NCBI GenBank assembly: GCA_040954595.2 | Contig: CM082576.2 | Span: forward strand, 7,877,129 to 7,941,128 | Direction: 5' to 3' | Source of the DNA: Balanoglossus misakiensis | Lineage: Eukaryota; Animalia; Hemichordata | DNA length: 64,000 nucleotides | Part shown: piece after piece, positions 43,528-56,552 of the stretch | How positions within the stretch are numbered: position 1 is the stretch's first letter | How the letters are laid out: each line of letters opens with the position of its first letter | Notes under the pieces: model-generated | Database searches by the model: none | Told to the model about the DNA's origin: nothing | Seen by the model: the letters and a program-made list of their open reading frames with translations, nothing else | Translations under genes and position numbers: made by a program

Positions 43528-46500
43528 TTAGTGCAGCTTCGGTTTCTTTTGTTTCCTTGCGTGGAACTGATCAGTTTTGTTCTTGACTGACTTGACGAGC
43601 ATCGAGAGCGACGCGTCTCTCCTCTGCTTGCCTTCGCCGGTCCTTTTCTCCTCCCGCATTTCCCCAGTTCCTTTTCCCGCCTCCTTTCGCTTCCTACGCT
43701 GCTGTTTCTCCTGGATGATCGTCTCCATGGCGTTGGTTTTCTTGAACTGCGGATCCGACGGATCGATCTGGAAGTGGTGGGAGTCGAAGATGGCGGAGAA
43801 CCTGGGATCCTGAGTGTCCACCTGGAATTTGTCCTGGAATTTCTCCTCTTCCTCGTGCTTCCGCTTCTTTTTCTTCTTCTTCCTCTTGGCCTCTTTCTCG
43901 GCATCCATGATTGCCTTCAGACTGAAGTGTTGCTTGTCGTCGTCTTCGTCCATCAGCAGAAGCTCCAACTCCGCCTGCGGATCAGGGAGGGAAGTAAAGG
44001 TTTGGTATCAGATCAGTAAAAATGTCGAATTGGCATTTGACTGCTTCATGGAGTATGAAAGTGTAGAGACAATAAAACGTTTCAACCTTGATCTTGATGG
44101 CAGTCATCTGAACCCGATAAACCCCAAAAACCATAACTTTCCCTCACTGCACATGAACACTGACCTCTTTCTGTTTTTTCTCCTCCAGCTCCTCAGCTGT
44201 CATCTCTTCAACTTGACCTTTCTTCTTTTTCTTCTTCTTTTTCTGTTTGCTGTCAGCTGTAACGAGCGACATCACCAGAAAGCAAGCAAAAATCAGTCTC
44301 TGTTTGCCAGTCCAATTCATTCTGAATGATGGTTAGTATTGAATGTTCAAAACGTTGCACCAGCTCCAAGATGTTTATGAATATTTGTTTAACACATTCA
44401 GAAGTCTCTGTAACCATGCCACCCATTTTGAAGAGTTATCCCTTTACCTGGTTTTCTGGATTCCCCTTCTTCCAGGACTTCTTTGAAATACGGATCATCA
44501 AGATCGACATCAGCCGGCAAATCGTCATCGCTAACTGCCTCCTCACGTTGCTATGGAAACAAATGAAAATGACCATACTCAATTCGGTGTTGACGACAGT
44601 CAAGCCTTTCTCTCACAAAACGAGGAATGAGCCTTCCTTTGACATTTCCCATAATGTGCTTATCGCCATTCCAACAAGTCCCCTAAATTGCTGTGCAAAA
44701 CTTCTGAAGATACTCCTCAGCTCTCAATCAAAACTCTAACATATTTTCATGATTTTGTTACCTTTTTAATCTCTTCTCGTTTCTTCTTTTCTGCCGTCTT
44801 TTGCTCTCTCTTCTTGGCTTTCTTTTTCTTTTGATACTGTTCCCATGGCGTCAAGTCTTCCCCTTCTTCCTTCTTCTTGACCAGTTCTTCTGTTGTTTCT
44901 TTCAAGCCTGCAAAAGATGATTTGCAACAAATAACAGTCTAGATTTAAGACGTTAACTGTAAGCGATTGTGCTAGACAGTTTACACTATCAGCACAATTT
45001 TAGTTTTGTATTGTCCAGAAGAAAGAGGTGTCTTGTGCCTGATATACTCTTGGGTTTTACAGGAGTTGGCATAGAAACTGTCTTCTCCTTGAGAATACAA
45101 AAACTCACACATACAGAGTGCGAGTTGAAACATTCACTTATAACAAACATGTAATTAACTCATTATGTGATGTGGTAATGGTGTTACTTACCCGGCTCCC
45201 ATGTGATCTCCATTTCCATGTCTTTATCAAACTTCACCTCCTTGTCATCTGCTCCCTTCAGGAGTTCTCTGTACTTGGCTATTCTGTCTTCGTCGTTGGC
45301 ATCATCACTGTCGTCTGAATCTGAAGCGATCTCTGGCAATGCGGCTGAAAGTTGAAAGATGTAGGTTATATCAGAAAAGCCTTGATCACTCAAGCCATTT
45401 GACTGAACAGCCCATGAGGGTATTACTGAGAAACTGACCATTAATGAAATAAGCAATAAAAAGTGACAATTCTTACCATTGTTTGCATCTTCCTCGTCAC
45501 TGGATGATGCAAGGTACGCCTGCACATCCAACTCCATCACTTCATCTTTGCTGAATTTCTTGGTAGTGACGGCCAGTCTGTCCTTGTCCGTCTCGTCCCA
45601 GGTCAAGTCGACCTTGGTCTGCTGCAGTGCCGAGGTCATGAACTCTGAGGGCTTGTACGAGTCAGGAATGTCAGTTGCCACTGACGTTGGTTCGTCTTCA
45701 AACGCCACATCATCAGGAATAAATCTAGGGGGTACAAATTATGAGTTTGTAAACCAGAAGTTTTGAAGAGAAAGAAAAATCTTTCCTGATAAATGGTATC
45801 CAAATACCAGAATGATTGAACTAAATTGATCGTAGCATTGGCAAAGATATTGAAAATGTCAAGTTAGTCTTTCCCATTGCTGCTTACCCCCGGTAGTCTT
45901 GAACACTCACCTGAGGTCAAGCCTTGTCGAACTGTTCTGGTATTCCAAACCATCGCATTCCTCATATATAGCATTGGCAGTGTTGTTACTGTCACACTCT
46001 ATCACAGCATAGTAATATTTCAATCTGGTGATGACAATAAATTCATACGTATGTTCAAATAAAAATACTTTGCAATGTCCATTTACAACACAATGAAAGA
46101 TTGTTCCATTGATTGAGTCGCAACAGCCAGACAGTGTCATTGATTTCTTCATGTCAATATAAAATCTCACCTGTTCATCTGATACTGGCGTAACTTTTCG
46201 GTGTGATATTTCTCTCCTTCTTCCTCACCTAGCTGTCTGTATGTGTCTCGTTCATCCTCCACCAGTTCTTTGGGCCCCTTAACATCCTCCTCTTTAACCC
46301 TCTCCTTGCCAAACTCCGACAGGAATATCTGTATGTGAACATCATCAGCAAAGTTATAGTCTGGTTTGTGTTTAGCTTTGAATTCTTCACACTCACATTT
46401 GTAAATTAAGATCTGGCAATCACAGCTTTTTAGTGGATGGCCATGCAAAAAAAGTACATCACCACAGTCATTCAAAGACACACCCTTTTGACCATATATA

Positions 46501-47633
46501 GACATATGTAAATTAGAAGTGACTATATTCCTTTAAAACCCATTTACCAACAAGGGCCTATTCACTTTTGCTCAATACTCAACCTGGGATTATGAGCATT
46601 CTCTACCTCCACATACCTTGATTGATTTAATGATTCCTCCGGTGGGTTTGAATGAATTGAACAGGACCAGCAAATCCTGGGCTTTGATTCGGTCCCAGTC
46701 CATGTTGCACAGAGCCAGTCTGGACGTGATGTCATCGGTCGTCTCGGCCTCGGCGTCCAGTTCACCCCATTTGTGTTCCACGTCGATTTGCTGGTCAAAT
46801 GTGAACTCTTCGTCGTCGTCAGAGTCCGAGCTGCTCAGAATATTGCCATCTCCTCGAGCAAAGTCTATCTCCTCCTCATCATCATCATCATCATCGCTGT
46901 CACCATCATCATCATCATCATCATCATCGTCATCATCTTCATCAATGGAGTCAGAATCGCCAGACTCTCCTCCCACACTTTCATCTTCCTCCTCAGCTGT
47001 AGCAATAAAGTGATGTGAAATGATTAATGGCTGAACTAAAAAAGACTGGTACTGTTTCTTGCATAAGACACGAAAAACAACCCACAATTACGTACACAAT
47101 AACTATCACAACTTACAAGATTCAGTCTTGTCACCCTCATCTTCATCATCATCATCATCACGAGTGATGGCCTTTTTCTTTCTCACTGAAGTCTTAGATT
47201 TTGTTGATCTCGGCTCTTCAGCTTTCACTTTCACACTTGACTTCTGAACACCCCCTTTGGCCTTGACCTTCTGACTTTCTTTGGCTTTCTTTTTCAACTT
47301 ATCTTTGTCTACGCCCTTGGTCTTTTTCAGGGACTTGATTTCATCATTTGTGTCTTTCTCTGCTTTTTTCCTCTTGACTTTGATCTTTCTTTCTTCAGTT
47401 TCCTCTTCCGATTCAGACAGTTCGTAGAATTTTTTCAAATCTTCACTGGTGGTCAGGTTGACCTTTCTGCCCCGTTTGTCAACAGTGTATTTCTCCTTGA
47501 AGCGTTTGTCTTGGAACATGCCATGGAACCTCTTGTCAATTTTGACCTTGCGTTCTGATTTGGGCATGTGGCGAAATCTGGGGTCGGTCTTGATGTGAGC
47601 AAAGCGCTCATCTTTGATGATGTCACCAAACAT
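43528..47633 (-). CDS. ESF1: ESF1 nucleolar pre-rRNA processing protein (~10 coding exons)
   Basis: N-terminal [13 protein letters not shown]...[10 protein letters not shown]...YTVDKRGR. Central [66 protein letters not shown] and MEITWEPG. C-terminal NUC153 domain [25 protein letters not shown]. Confidence 0.95.
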
Positions 47634-48540
47634 TTTGAACACACAGTATGTTAACTGTATTGGTATCAATCTGCAATGGTGGAAATGGACAGCACATACA
47701 TAATTATCTTATATGAACGCAGAAGATGTTACTTAGCTGTAATAATTGTACCCTTGATGCTATGGTGGGCTGGTCACTACAATCATTGCAGCTGGGCCCA
47801 CTGTACAATAATAGCTACCCCCCCCCCCCCTACATACCAATATCGATACAAGTAGTTGTACATGGTTGCCTTTATGAGTGTCATGGTATTATTCCACATG
47901 TGGGCCCACACGTATTATCCGTGATACAAAATACTAGTAGTCAACTACATACTACACGTATTTCTACGTACAATGCTCTCACGAATCCCAGTGTTCCCTT
48001 GGTAATTGTAACATGACCTGTCACCAGATTGGCCTCGTTACTACATCTGCTCTCAATATGACAGTGAAGCCAAAACAACTACGACAAAATCGTGTAAACA
48101 ACTCACCTACTACTCCATGTGCGACCATATTGCGCAAACTCAGTTTCAAGTTGACCTCTCTGGGTCATTTTTCACAACGTCCCAAGAGGGCGCTACTTAG
48201 AAATATACATGCATTGCTGAATTTCCATTTCAGTATACAATGTATGTTCAACTTCATTAAATCATTAATTCTTCTGTACAGTTTAATTGCTAATGTCATG
48301 TATCAAAGGAAAGACACTAAAATTGCTTTGAAACATCCTTTCTTTATTTTGAAAAATCTTGAAAATATAAAAGCAAATACATGTAGATGAATAAAAAGAA
48401 TTTAGCCAGTTTGCACATTCTACATTAGCTGACAAAATAGATAACTTGACAGCTTTGGGTTGCGTTGGTCAAATGTGATCAAGGAAATAAAAACAAATAT
48501 TGCACAATGTGTGTGGAACTGGATGGTAAGAGAGTGGCAT

Positions 48541-51500
48541 CTACAAACTGCATAAGTGATTGTGGACAGGGATGGCGATAGCCCCTGCCAGCGCCACGCC
48601 AGTGGTGTCAGCAACACTGGCAACTCCCATGGAAAATTCCTTGTATTCTTGTTCCACCTGGAAAAATGAATACGGAAAAGCCATATGTCATTATACTGTT
48701 GTCCAGTAGGTCATGCTGGGAATGCAACAGAAAGATGGCTAGACACATTTGCTTGTCAAGTATTAATTTTCACCTTTTAAACGTGGCTCATAGGTCATCT
48801 AGATATCATTGAAAGTGCAAATGATCTAAAATTAACTACATTTTGTGGCTAGAATTTTTTATGGCGATGCTTGATGAGTACCAGTACTATGACGTCTGGT
48901 CTGCTAATTCAATCAACCTACCTCTATGCTAATCCTATAGAATGAGTTGACGTATGCAGCACCACCAAGCAGTCCTTCATAGAACACTAAGGCGAATACA
49001 ATCCAGATACTTGGCATGTATTGAAGGAATATTTGTGACAGCATAATAGCGACGTTTATGAACTGGAAAGAAAAAAAGGCAAGGTTTTTTAACTGACCAT
49101 GTTTAATCTTACATAATGAGGGAACTCCTATAACACTTGATATACACAAGATGTGTATTATCAAAAAGATGGTTCTCATAAATCACAAAGAAGTTACAAT
49201 GTTACTCTTAAAACTTCACAGTGCCTTGTTTCAAAACATATTCACCACCAGTCATGTTTGTAGAAACTGCCCAGTCTGTTCATGTATCCACCAGTCCGCT
49301 ATTCAAATTAGCCATTCGCTATGATGGACATTTACCTGTAAAACTGTAAGAATCCATATTCTTTTGATCTGAATGACATTCACAGAAGACCTTGATATAA
49401 ACACACCCAATTGATAGTCAACTTGAAACCTAATGATGATGAAGAATTGAAAGAAGATAATGTTTAAGTTCATTTCAACCACTGATATGGACACGTCCAG
49501 ACTCGCATATTGATCCCTGTTTGCGTAGTGTGCACATAAACGTGTGAGAGCAAATATTAAACAAGGGCATCTAAAAGATACCAGTATAAAGTTTAAAATG
49601 TGTTCCACAAGTTCTCAGTGAACAAAGAGCAAAACCTACCATCTGTACTGCTCAGCATGTGTTAACCAAATTCCCTTGAAATAAATCAACTCAATCTGAA
49701 AGAAAAAAGGCAAAACATTGTAATTGAAGGTTCTAAAGACGGTATCATAGCTGATGTTCAATTAGGCTATGAAATCTCAGTTCAGCATGTATTGACATTT
49801 TTGAATGAAACTGATCTGATAGAAGCTACAAGAATTGTTGTGGCAATGCAATGGAATATCTCATTGATAGAAAAGAACGGTGTAAACTTTAATTCTACAT
49901 TTCACTTACCAATCCCTGATTGATGAAATATTCAGCTATGTAGACACCCATCAGTGGTATCATGTATTTCAACAACGGCTGCAAAAAGAAAAACATTGAT
50001 GTATATTTAATTATCTTCGCTCGCCAAAGACATGATTTACCAAATACAGTGTACTTTTAACTGTTTGTGATTATATCACTCTATCTCACTGCATGTTTGG
50101 AGGGGGGTGGACCCAGAAGAGCGCACCAATTTAGTTTTGCAAATGGCATAACTCACTCGTATAAGACCGACTTTCTCTACCACCCTCATATCTTCGATGC
50201 TTTTGGATTGGTCAGGGTCTATCAAGGGTTCCTCATCAACATGAGTCTCCTGTATTTGTAAAAGCATCTGTTTATCGCCGGCCGTGGTGAAGTCACCAGG
50301 ACGTCTGCTAAGCAAGAGCCAGTAGCTGAAAGATCAAGGTATCAAGGTGACATTGACTTCTAAGGATGCAGCTTCTGTATGGCAGCACAGCATTACACTG
50401 CTCAAGTGATTAGAATGTTATATTCAGTGATTGGTTAGTGGACATAAAACAAACAAATCTTGATTGATATAGCACTACCTACCTGACAGCTTCTATCAGA
50501 GGTACAACTAACATGAGAAGGACTGTCTGTCTGGATGAAAGACCAGCTGTTGTGAGGCCAGCATAGGACAGGGCACCAAAGACACCAGCACCACCAGTGC
50601 CAGATGACCATGTAGATACGACTTTTCTATTGGTGGAGTGAAGAACACAGTTAAGGTTATGTTTTCAACAGATTTTTAGTACAAGTGCTCAATATCATTC
50701 ATTCATTTTTTTTATTAACATTCATAGAGTTGATAATTATGCAGAATCTGATCCTTGGTGGGATCGACAGTCACGGAAACAAATCTAACCTACTTGTCAT
50801 AGAACGCCGAAAGGCTGAGGAATGTTATTTCACCAAATCCAGAACTAACACTGGCACAGGCAACACCTGGGAATGAGAGAGTAGAAATGTGTGATGAAGT
50901 CAGAATTTGATGATGAACGATGATACAAAAAGTGATAGTGTCACTGAGTTGTGGAGATAGTTCTCAGAATTGAACACGAACAGTCTCTCTCTGGATTCTT
51001 CACAAAATATTCTGACGCCATACCTATTAAATTGAGCCAGACTGGCTGCAGGAGTCCCACCATGAGGAAACTGGCCGCAGCAAAGAGGACACATATGGCT
51101 ATACGAATTCTGCATAGAAAAAGAATTTACAACAAACGCCCATGAAAATATTACTACACAGGTTGAAACATTAGATTTCAATGGCAGGAATCAAATTGTT
51201 CACTGATCTTTTTGGATTAAAAGAAAATCTACATAATCCATGTAATATTTTCATGATATTTTGTTTTCCATTTCCATCCAACAATCTGACAGTCTCAACT
51301 TTGCTCCACTTATACAACTGAACATAGGTAACAGAAAGATTCCCCCCCCCACCCCATCATGACCAGGGGAGCGGTGACAAGGGTTCTGTCCCTCACCCAT
51401 ATGGAATGCGATGGACGAAGAATGGCGCACTGAACTTGATCACCAGGGTTGGCAGAATGTCGGCAAGCAGGATGACCTGGAGACCATCAAAAGCAAACAG

Positions 51501-52765
51501 ATCAGAATCTCATAGGAGAAAGTGAAAAAGAGACATAATAAATGATGTTTGAGAAACATCTGCTGTTTGAATGATCTTGATCTTGTCACAGCAGCACTTT
51601 TTCACTAAATACTTACTCCAGAGGAAAGTGGATTACAGTCAAAGCTGCCAGAACTTGGTGCAAGGGTGGAATTATAAGGCGATGAAGTCGTTGATGTTGA
51701 TGACTGGAACAAACCAAAGATACATCATGGGTAACAGACACACTCTTTTCAAAAAATTAATGCACTTTGTAATTTGTTTTCATTATTTCATTTTCTCCTT
51801 TATTCATTTATCTTTGTCAAATCTGTAATGTCATCCTATGGAAATCATTAATCTTGCCAATGAAACAACAACTAAAGAAGTAATATGCCAGCTACAGTCA
51901 CCCAAACACTGGAGAAAGTTCTGTATACCAGATCCACCACACTAACCCCTTCACCACCATGGTTCGGTCCAAATCCACTTATTTCTATGGTAAAGTTGGA
52001 CCTCTACATGGGAAAATAGGGGTGAAAGGGTTAACATTGCCGGACCTGAACTCACATTTGTGACAGGGAGTGATGTGCTGTTGGTCTCTTTGCTTAAAAT
52101 GTCATGGGCAGCACTCAACATGATGACGTAGGAATAATTGTTACACAATCCAAAGAACCTGGAATGGAAGATAGTAATGTACATGTAAATAAGGTATACT
52201 TCGCCTTGAAGTCTTAAAAACATATACTTGTAATGAAACATTTATATTGACAGTATATATGCTCTTCTGATAAACCAATGAAAGTTACTATGATGTTCAT
52301 CTTTATAAAAAAAAGGACACCATTACAGTTCAATATTCCACAGAACAAGATGGCATCTGTGCATATGTAAAATACTATAGAGAACATCATTCATTAGACA
52401 CCACTTTATTCTACCGAATATTAAACTGTGTGGTGGTAGCTCCATAGTTCAATGGACACTTAAACTATTAACATACCAAAATGCGACCAAGTTTCTGATA
52501 TTTTCCTTGGCTCTGCTTTCTGCAAAAAGGGGACAGCTTTATTATTTTATACAATGTACTACTGGTCAAGAGGAAAGGTGACGGCAAAATAATGTGACAC
52601 ACCCATTTTCAAGGTTGCTGCCACGCATACTCTAACTTTTAGGACTATAGTCTACTCACCGACGGGTTGATCGTGCACGTTACCGGTGCCACTACCAGCA
52701 GTGTCATCGGACTCGTAGACCGCCTGGCCATCACTGTCCTCTTTGCCGAGTTCGTCCATTCTCAT
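48541..52765 (-). CDS. CLN3: Battenin (CLN3) lysosomal/endosomal membrane protein (~14 coding exons)
   Basis: [71 protein letters not shown] and [12 protein letters not shown]. Loop dileucine signal DEEPLI. Ends VHNHLCSL* with TAG at 48543-48541. Start is ATG 52765 or 52759. Confidence 0.93.
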
Positions 52766-53704
52766 CGAAGAATATCTATCGTTCTCCAGATATTCCCACA
52801 TACGGCGCGCTTGTTATCATTATACCTGGACCGAGTAACAAACTGTCACGATGTGCTCTCTGGTGCTCGATGCGGAAGTGCTGGTGGTTTGTTTTGTCGA
52901 GGTCAGAGGTTAAGTCAAAGGTTACGCCAGACTGCAGGTATGGGTGTGCAGTGCTAAAATAGGCATGGAGGTGGATAAAGCCATGTGAGCTCATAGTAAA
53001 GGCCTATTAATAAACTGAGTATTAAAGTAAAAGTCAAATAATGGACACAAATAATTGACACAGATCTACATATTCTGGTGCACGCATCGAATTCATTGCG
53101 GAGACCGCCCCACCGCCATTTGCGTTCAGTTAGCCTTGTCACTCCCAAGTTTCAGAGAAGAAGGCAAAATTTGTACTAAAATGCAAATGTGCAAATTTGG
53201 CCACCGTCTGAACAAACTTTTCTTAAATCACCCCTACTAGAAACCCGCATCCAAAATTTCAAAGTAGGCCTAGACCTAATTGGAGCAGAGTTTCCGAGAT
53301 TTGTTTAACCAATAAAGGGAAAAATTGCCACAAAATATACAAATGTGCAAATTTCAACACAATATGAAAAGTTTAGGCCTGTGTGCATAATAGGCCACTG
53401 ACGCTACTGTTTCAACAAACACTCCTTGACGACGAAACTGTCCAAAAACCTTTCGAAAATATTTGTTTTCTCTCTGAGTAATTCTGTTTGGCAATATATC
53501 ATGTCATATCACATATTGCTTGGACCCAAGCTTGAGTTGAATAAGTGACAAATTAGTTTAGCATCGGCTCCAAGCCGTTACGATTCGACAGCCGTTTAGC
53601 TTTTGTCGACAGACAATTGCACGTTTAGCATCCAAGAGGGATTGCGGCTTGGTTTCATTGGCCGTTTTGGATTCGTGTTCACGGAAAATATTTAACTGGA
53701 AAAG

Positions 53705-56486
53705 ATGGATAGATATACCTCGCGACTCTATCATACCCAAGTGAGAGGGGAAAGTGAGGATTCGGATATTCCGGAGTCAGATCTTAACTTGTCGTTGGAT
53801 GAGGGTCAGAAATCTGAAGATACTACGCTTGATGAACGGGAGAGCGACGGGCCCCATGCGAGTGGCGCGGATTCAGGCGGCTTGGATCAGCAACAGGTCG
53901 GTCTACCCGAAGATGTGCGCAACGAGCAGGGGGTTGAAGATAGTCATCGTGATGGCGGAGAGGGAAAACGCCAAACATTATCGTTAAACGAGTCTTTGAG
54001 ATCCATTTCTAATCTGTTGTTGTCACCAGCGGTGATGATCCCCCAACTGGACATCGAGAACAGGGTAGAATCGGGAGGGGCGATGTCACCTCCCCAGGGC
54101 GGCGTCGATAGAGATGAGACGGACGGAGACTTTCAAGTCGAGGTTTCCACGGGTGACCACGGCGGATTTACTGGAGAAATCGAAGGGGAGACATTGTACG
54201 CAGAAGGTGAGACGGGGAGAAGCGACGACGCAAAAACAGTTCGGCAGCCGGATATAGACGTCAATTCCGTTTCGAGCGACGAGAGTAGCGAGTCAAACGT
54301 CGGTGGTGACAACGGAACAGAAAATGGACGGCCACCATCACCACCACCATCACCACAACAGCAACGCGACGCAACGCACAACCATCCCCACCCGGGGATG
54401 ACCGCGTCAGCTCTGCTGTCCATGCACACGACGCCGTTTGCCGTTGCAGAAAGTGATGGCAAAGAGGAACCGACGCAGGACCACTCGGTGGCCTTGCCAG
54501 TATCCGCGACCAATCAAATGGACAACGATGAAACGCGGGAAGCGAGCGAAGACCCCCTTCCTGCCGATGAAGAAAACGGAGCGTCAGCACTTGGCGACGG
54601 CTACCAAATTGAAGTCGAAATACACGACGTTGATAGTAGGCCTACCGGTGAGGAGGATAGAGATGAAGAAGAAACTAAAACTGAACGACAAGATGATCAT
54701 CTGGAAGAGCTGGAGGAACCGGAAGGGGAAGATGAAGATTCGGACAAAGAAGATGATGACGAGGAAGAGGAAGAGGAGACGGACGTGTTTGAAAATCCGC
54801 TTATAACAGCTGTCAGAAGGTATGAACATAGCCATGTAAGCCCCCCTGTCCCGATATTTTCCCGTGATCAGTGTAAATGTACACACAGTGCCATAAAGAA
54901 ACCAAATGAAATATTTTCGCTAGTTCTTATGTGTGTGTCATTTGGCAATACAAGTAGGTGAATATTTTTGGTCGAGTTACTTGAATATTGCAGTCAGGCA
55001 TGTAGGCCACGCGAGGTATTTGGAAGAAACAAGAAGAGTACTAAATGATGTCATGCATGCCAATAAAACACCGGACAATCTCTTTTCCTGATCACTCGAG
55101 AAAGAAAAGATAAAACTCCGTGCCAAATCACTATTGTTTCACTTCGTCCACACAGAGACGTCCGCCAACACATTCGATCGCTTCAAGAAGAACTGGCCCA
55201 TCGCGATGTCACGGCGACTGACGAATTTCAAATTGGTTTTTGGAGCATCCATCGCTATTTGGAAAAGGGTGGTTTCCACAAGAACATACCGTGTGAGTTC
55301 AACGACATTTACCTCCGCGGTGGTTGTAGCGGGTGACCGTGATGTATACAAACATTGGGCACAAGCTAATCCCAAAAATAAATCGTTCGATTCGCACAAT
55401 CTATCTACATATACATACCAAAAACTCACATTTGTTGATTTTTATATCGACAGTCAAGCTGCAGAGAATTTTGAAAAATACCAAAGTCAAGGACATCAAC
55501 ACCCAGGATCACCATGGAAACACGGCGTTACATTACGCCATGAAGGACGAATATGTGGGAATCGTCGATATTCTGATGGATATGAAGCCTGATCTGGATG
55601 TTCGAAACAAGGATTACCGTACAGCCATTGAATTGGCGTGCTATAACGGACAGGTGGGCTGTTGTCTGTTGCATGGTGGGAATGTGGGGGAGGGAATTTT
55701 GTAACATTCGACCGTTCGGTGTAAGAGGCAAACGGCTATATTCGTGAAAAACTGCGTTGTACTTTAATCAATAAAAGTACATGGTAGGCAACTTGGTGTG
55801 GTTTTATATTACTCACGTGACAAAAAGTTGCTGGTACCCGTGATTTCTCTGCAATGTGACACGTGGAATGCATCAGGTGTGTCGATCAATGTGCGGGTAC
55901 GAACACTCTCACGGGGAATTGCATCACCATACGCGTGTCGTTAAGGAAGAAAACGTACAAAAACACAATGTGCACATAAACTCTTTACCCGTTAACAACT
56001 TCAAATATGTGGCAATGAATTCAAGGACATGATGTATCACAGGGAATATACGATCTCTCACGACAATTTCTCACTCTCTCTTTTTTTCTCAACCATATAG
56101 TTTGAAGCGTTGATGCATGTTTTAGAGAGACTTCCGGAACCGGCAGCTGTTTTGAATTGTCAGGATCCCAACGGAATGACGCCACTGCACCACGCCGTCA
56201 AATCAAGTAAGAGTCACGTGACATAGTTCATCTTGGGCTATGTGGTACTAAACGTAAATAATAATTTCCCAGACCCTAAAGATCTCGCATAGCGTGATAT
56301 TACGATTCGCTTAATTCTTTTCATAAATACGATTTTATGATGTTAGCGACATCAAATTATTGAACAACTACCTAACGCTGCTACTGTCTTTCCTTGTTGT
56401 TGTTGTCGTCGTCGTCGTTGTTGTTGTTGTTGTTGTTGTCGTCGTCGTCGTCGTCGTTGTTGTTGTTGTTGTCGTCGTCGTCGTCG

Positions 56487-56552
<66 letters not shown>

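Noticed and set aside
53140-53375. Degenerate ~150-bp-period repeat (CAAATGTGCAAATTT twice)
   Set aside because: Probably a fragment of a dispersed repeat, but no termini or target duplication could be defined.
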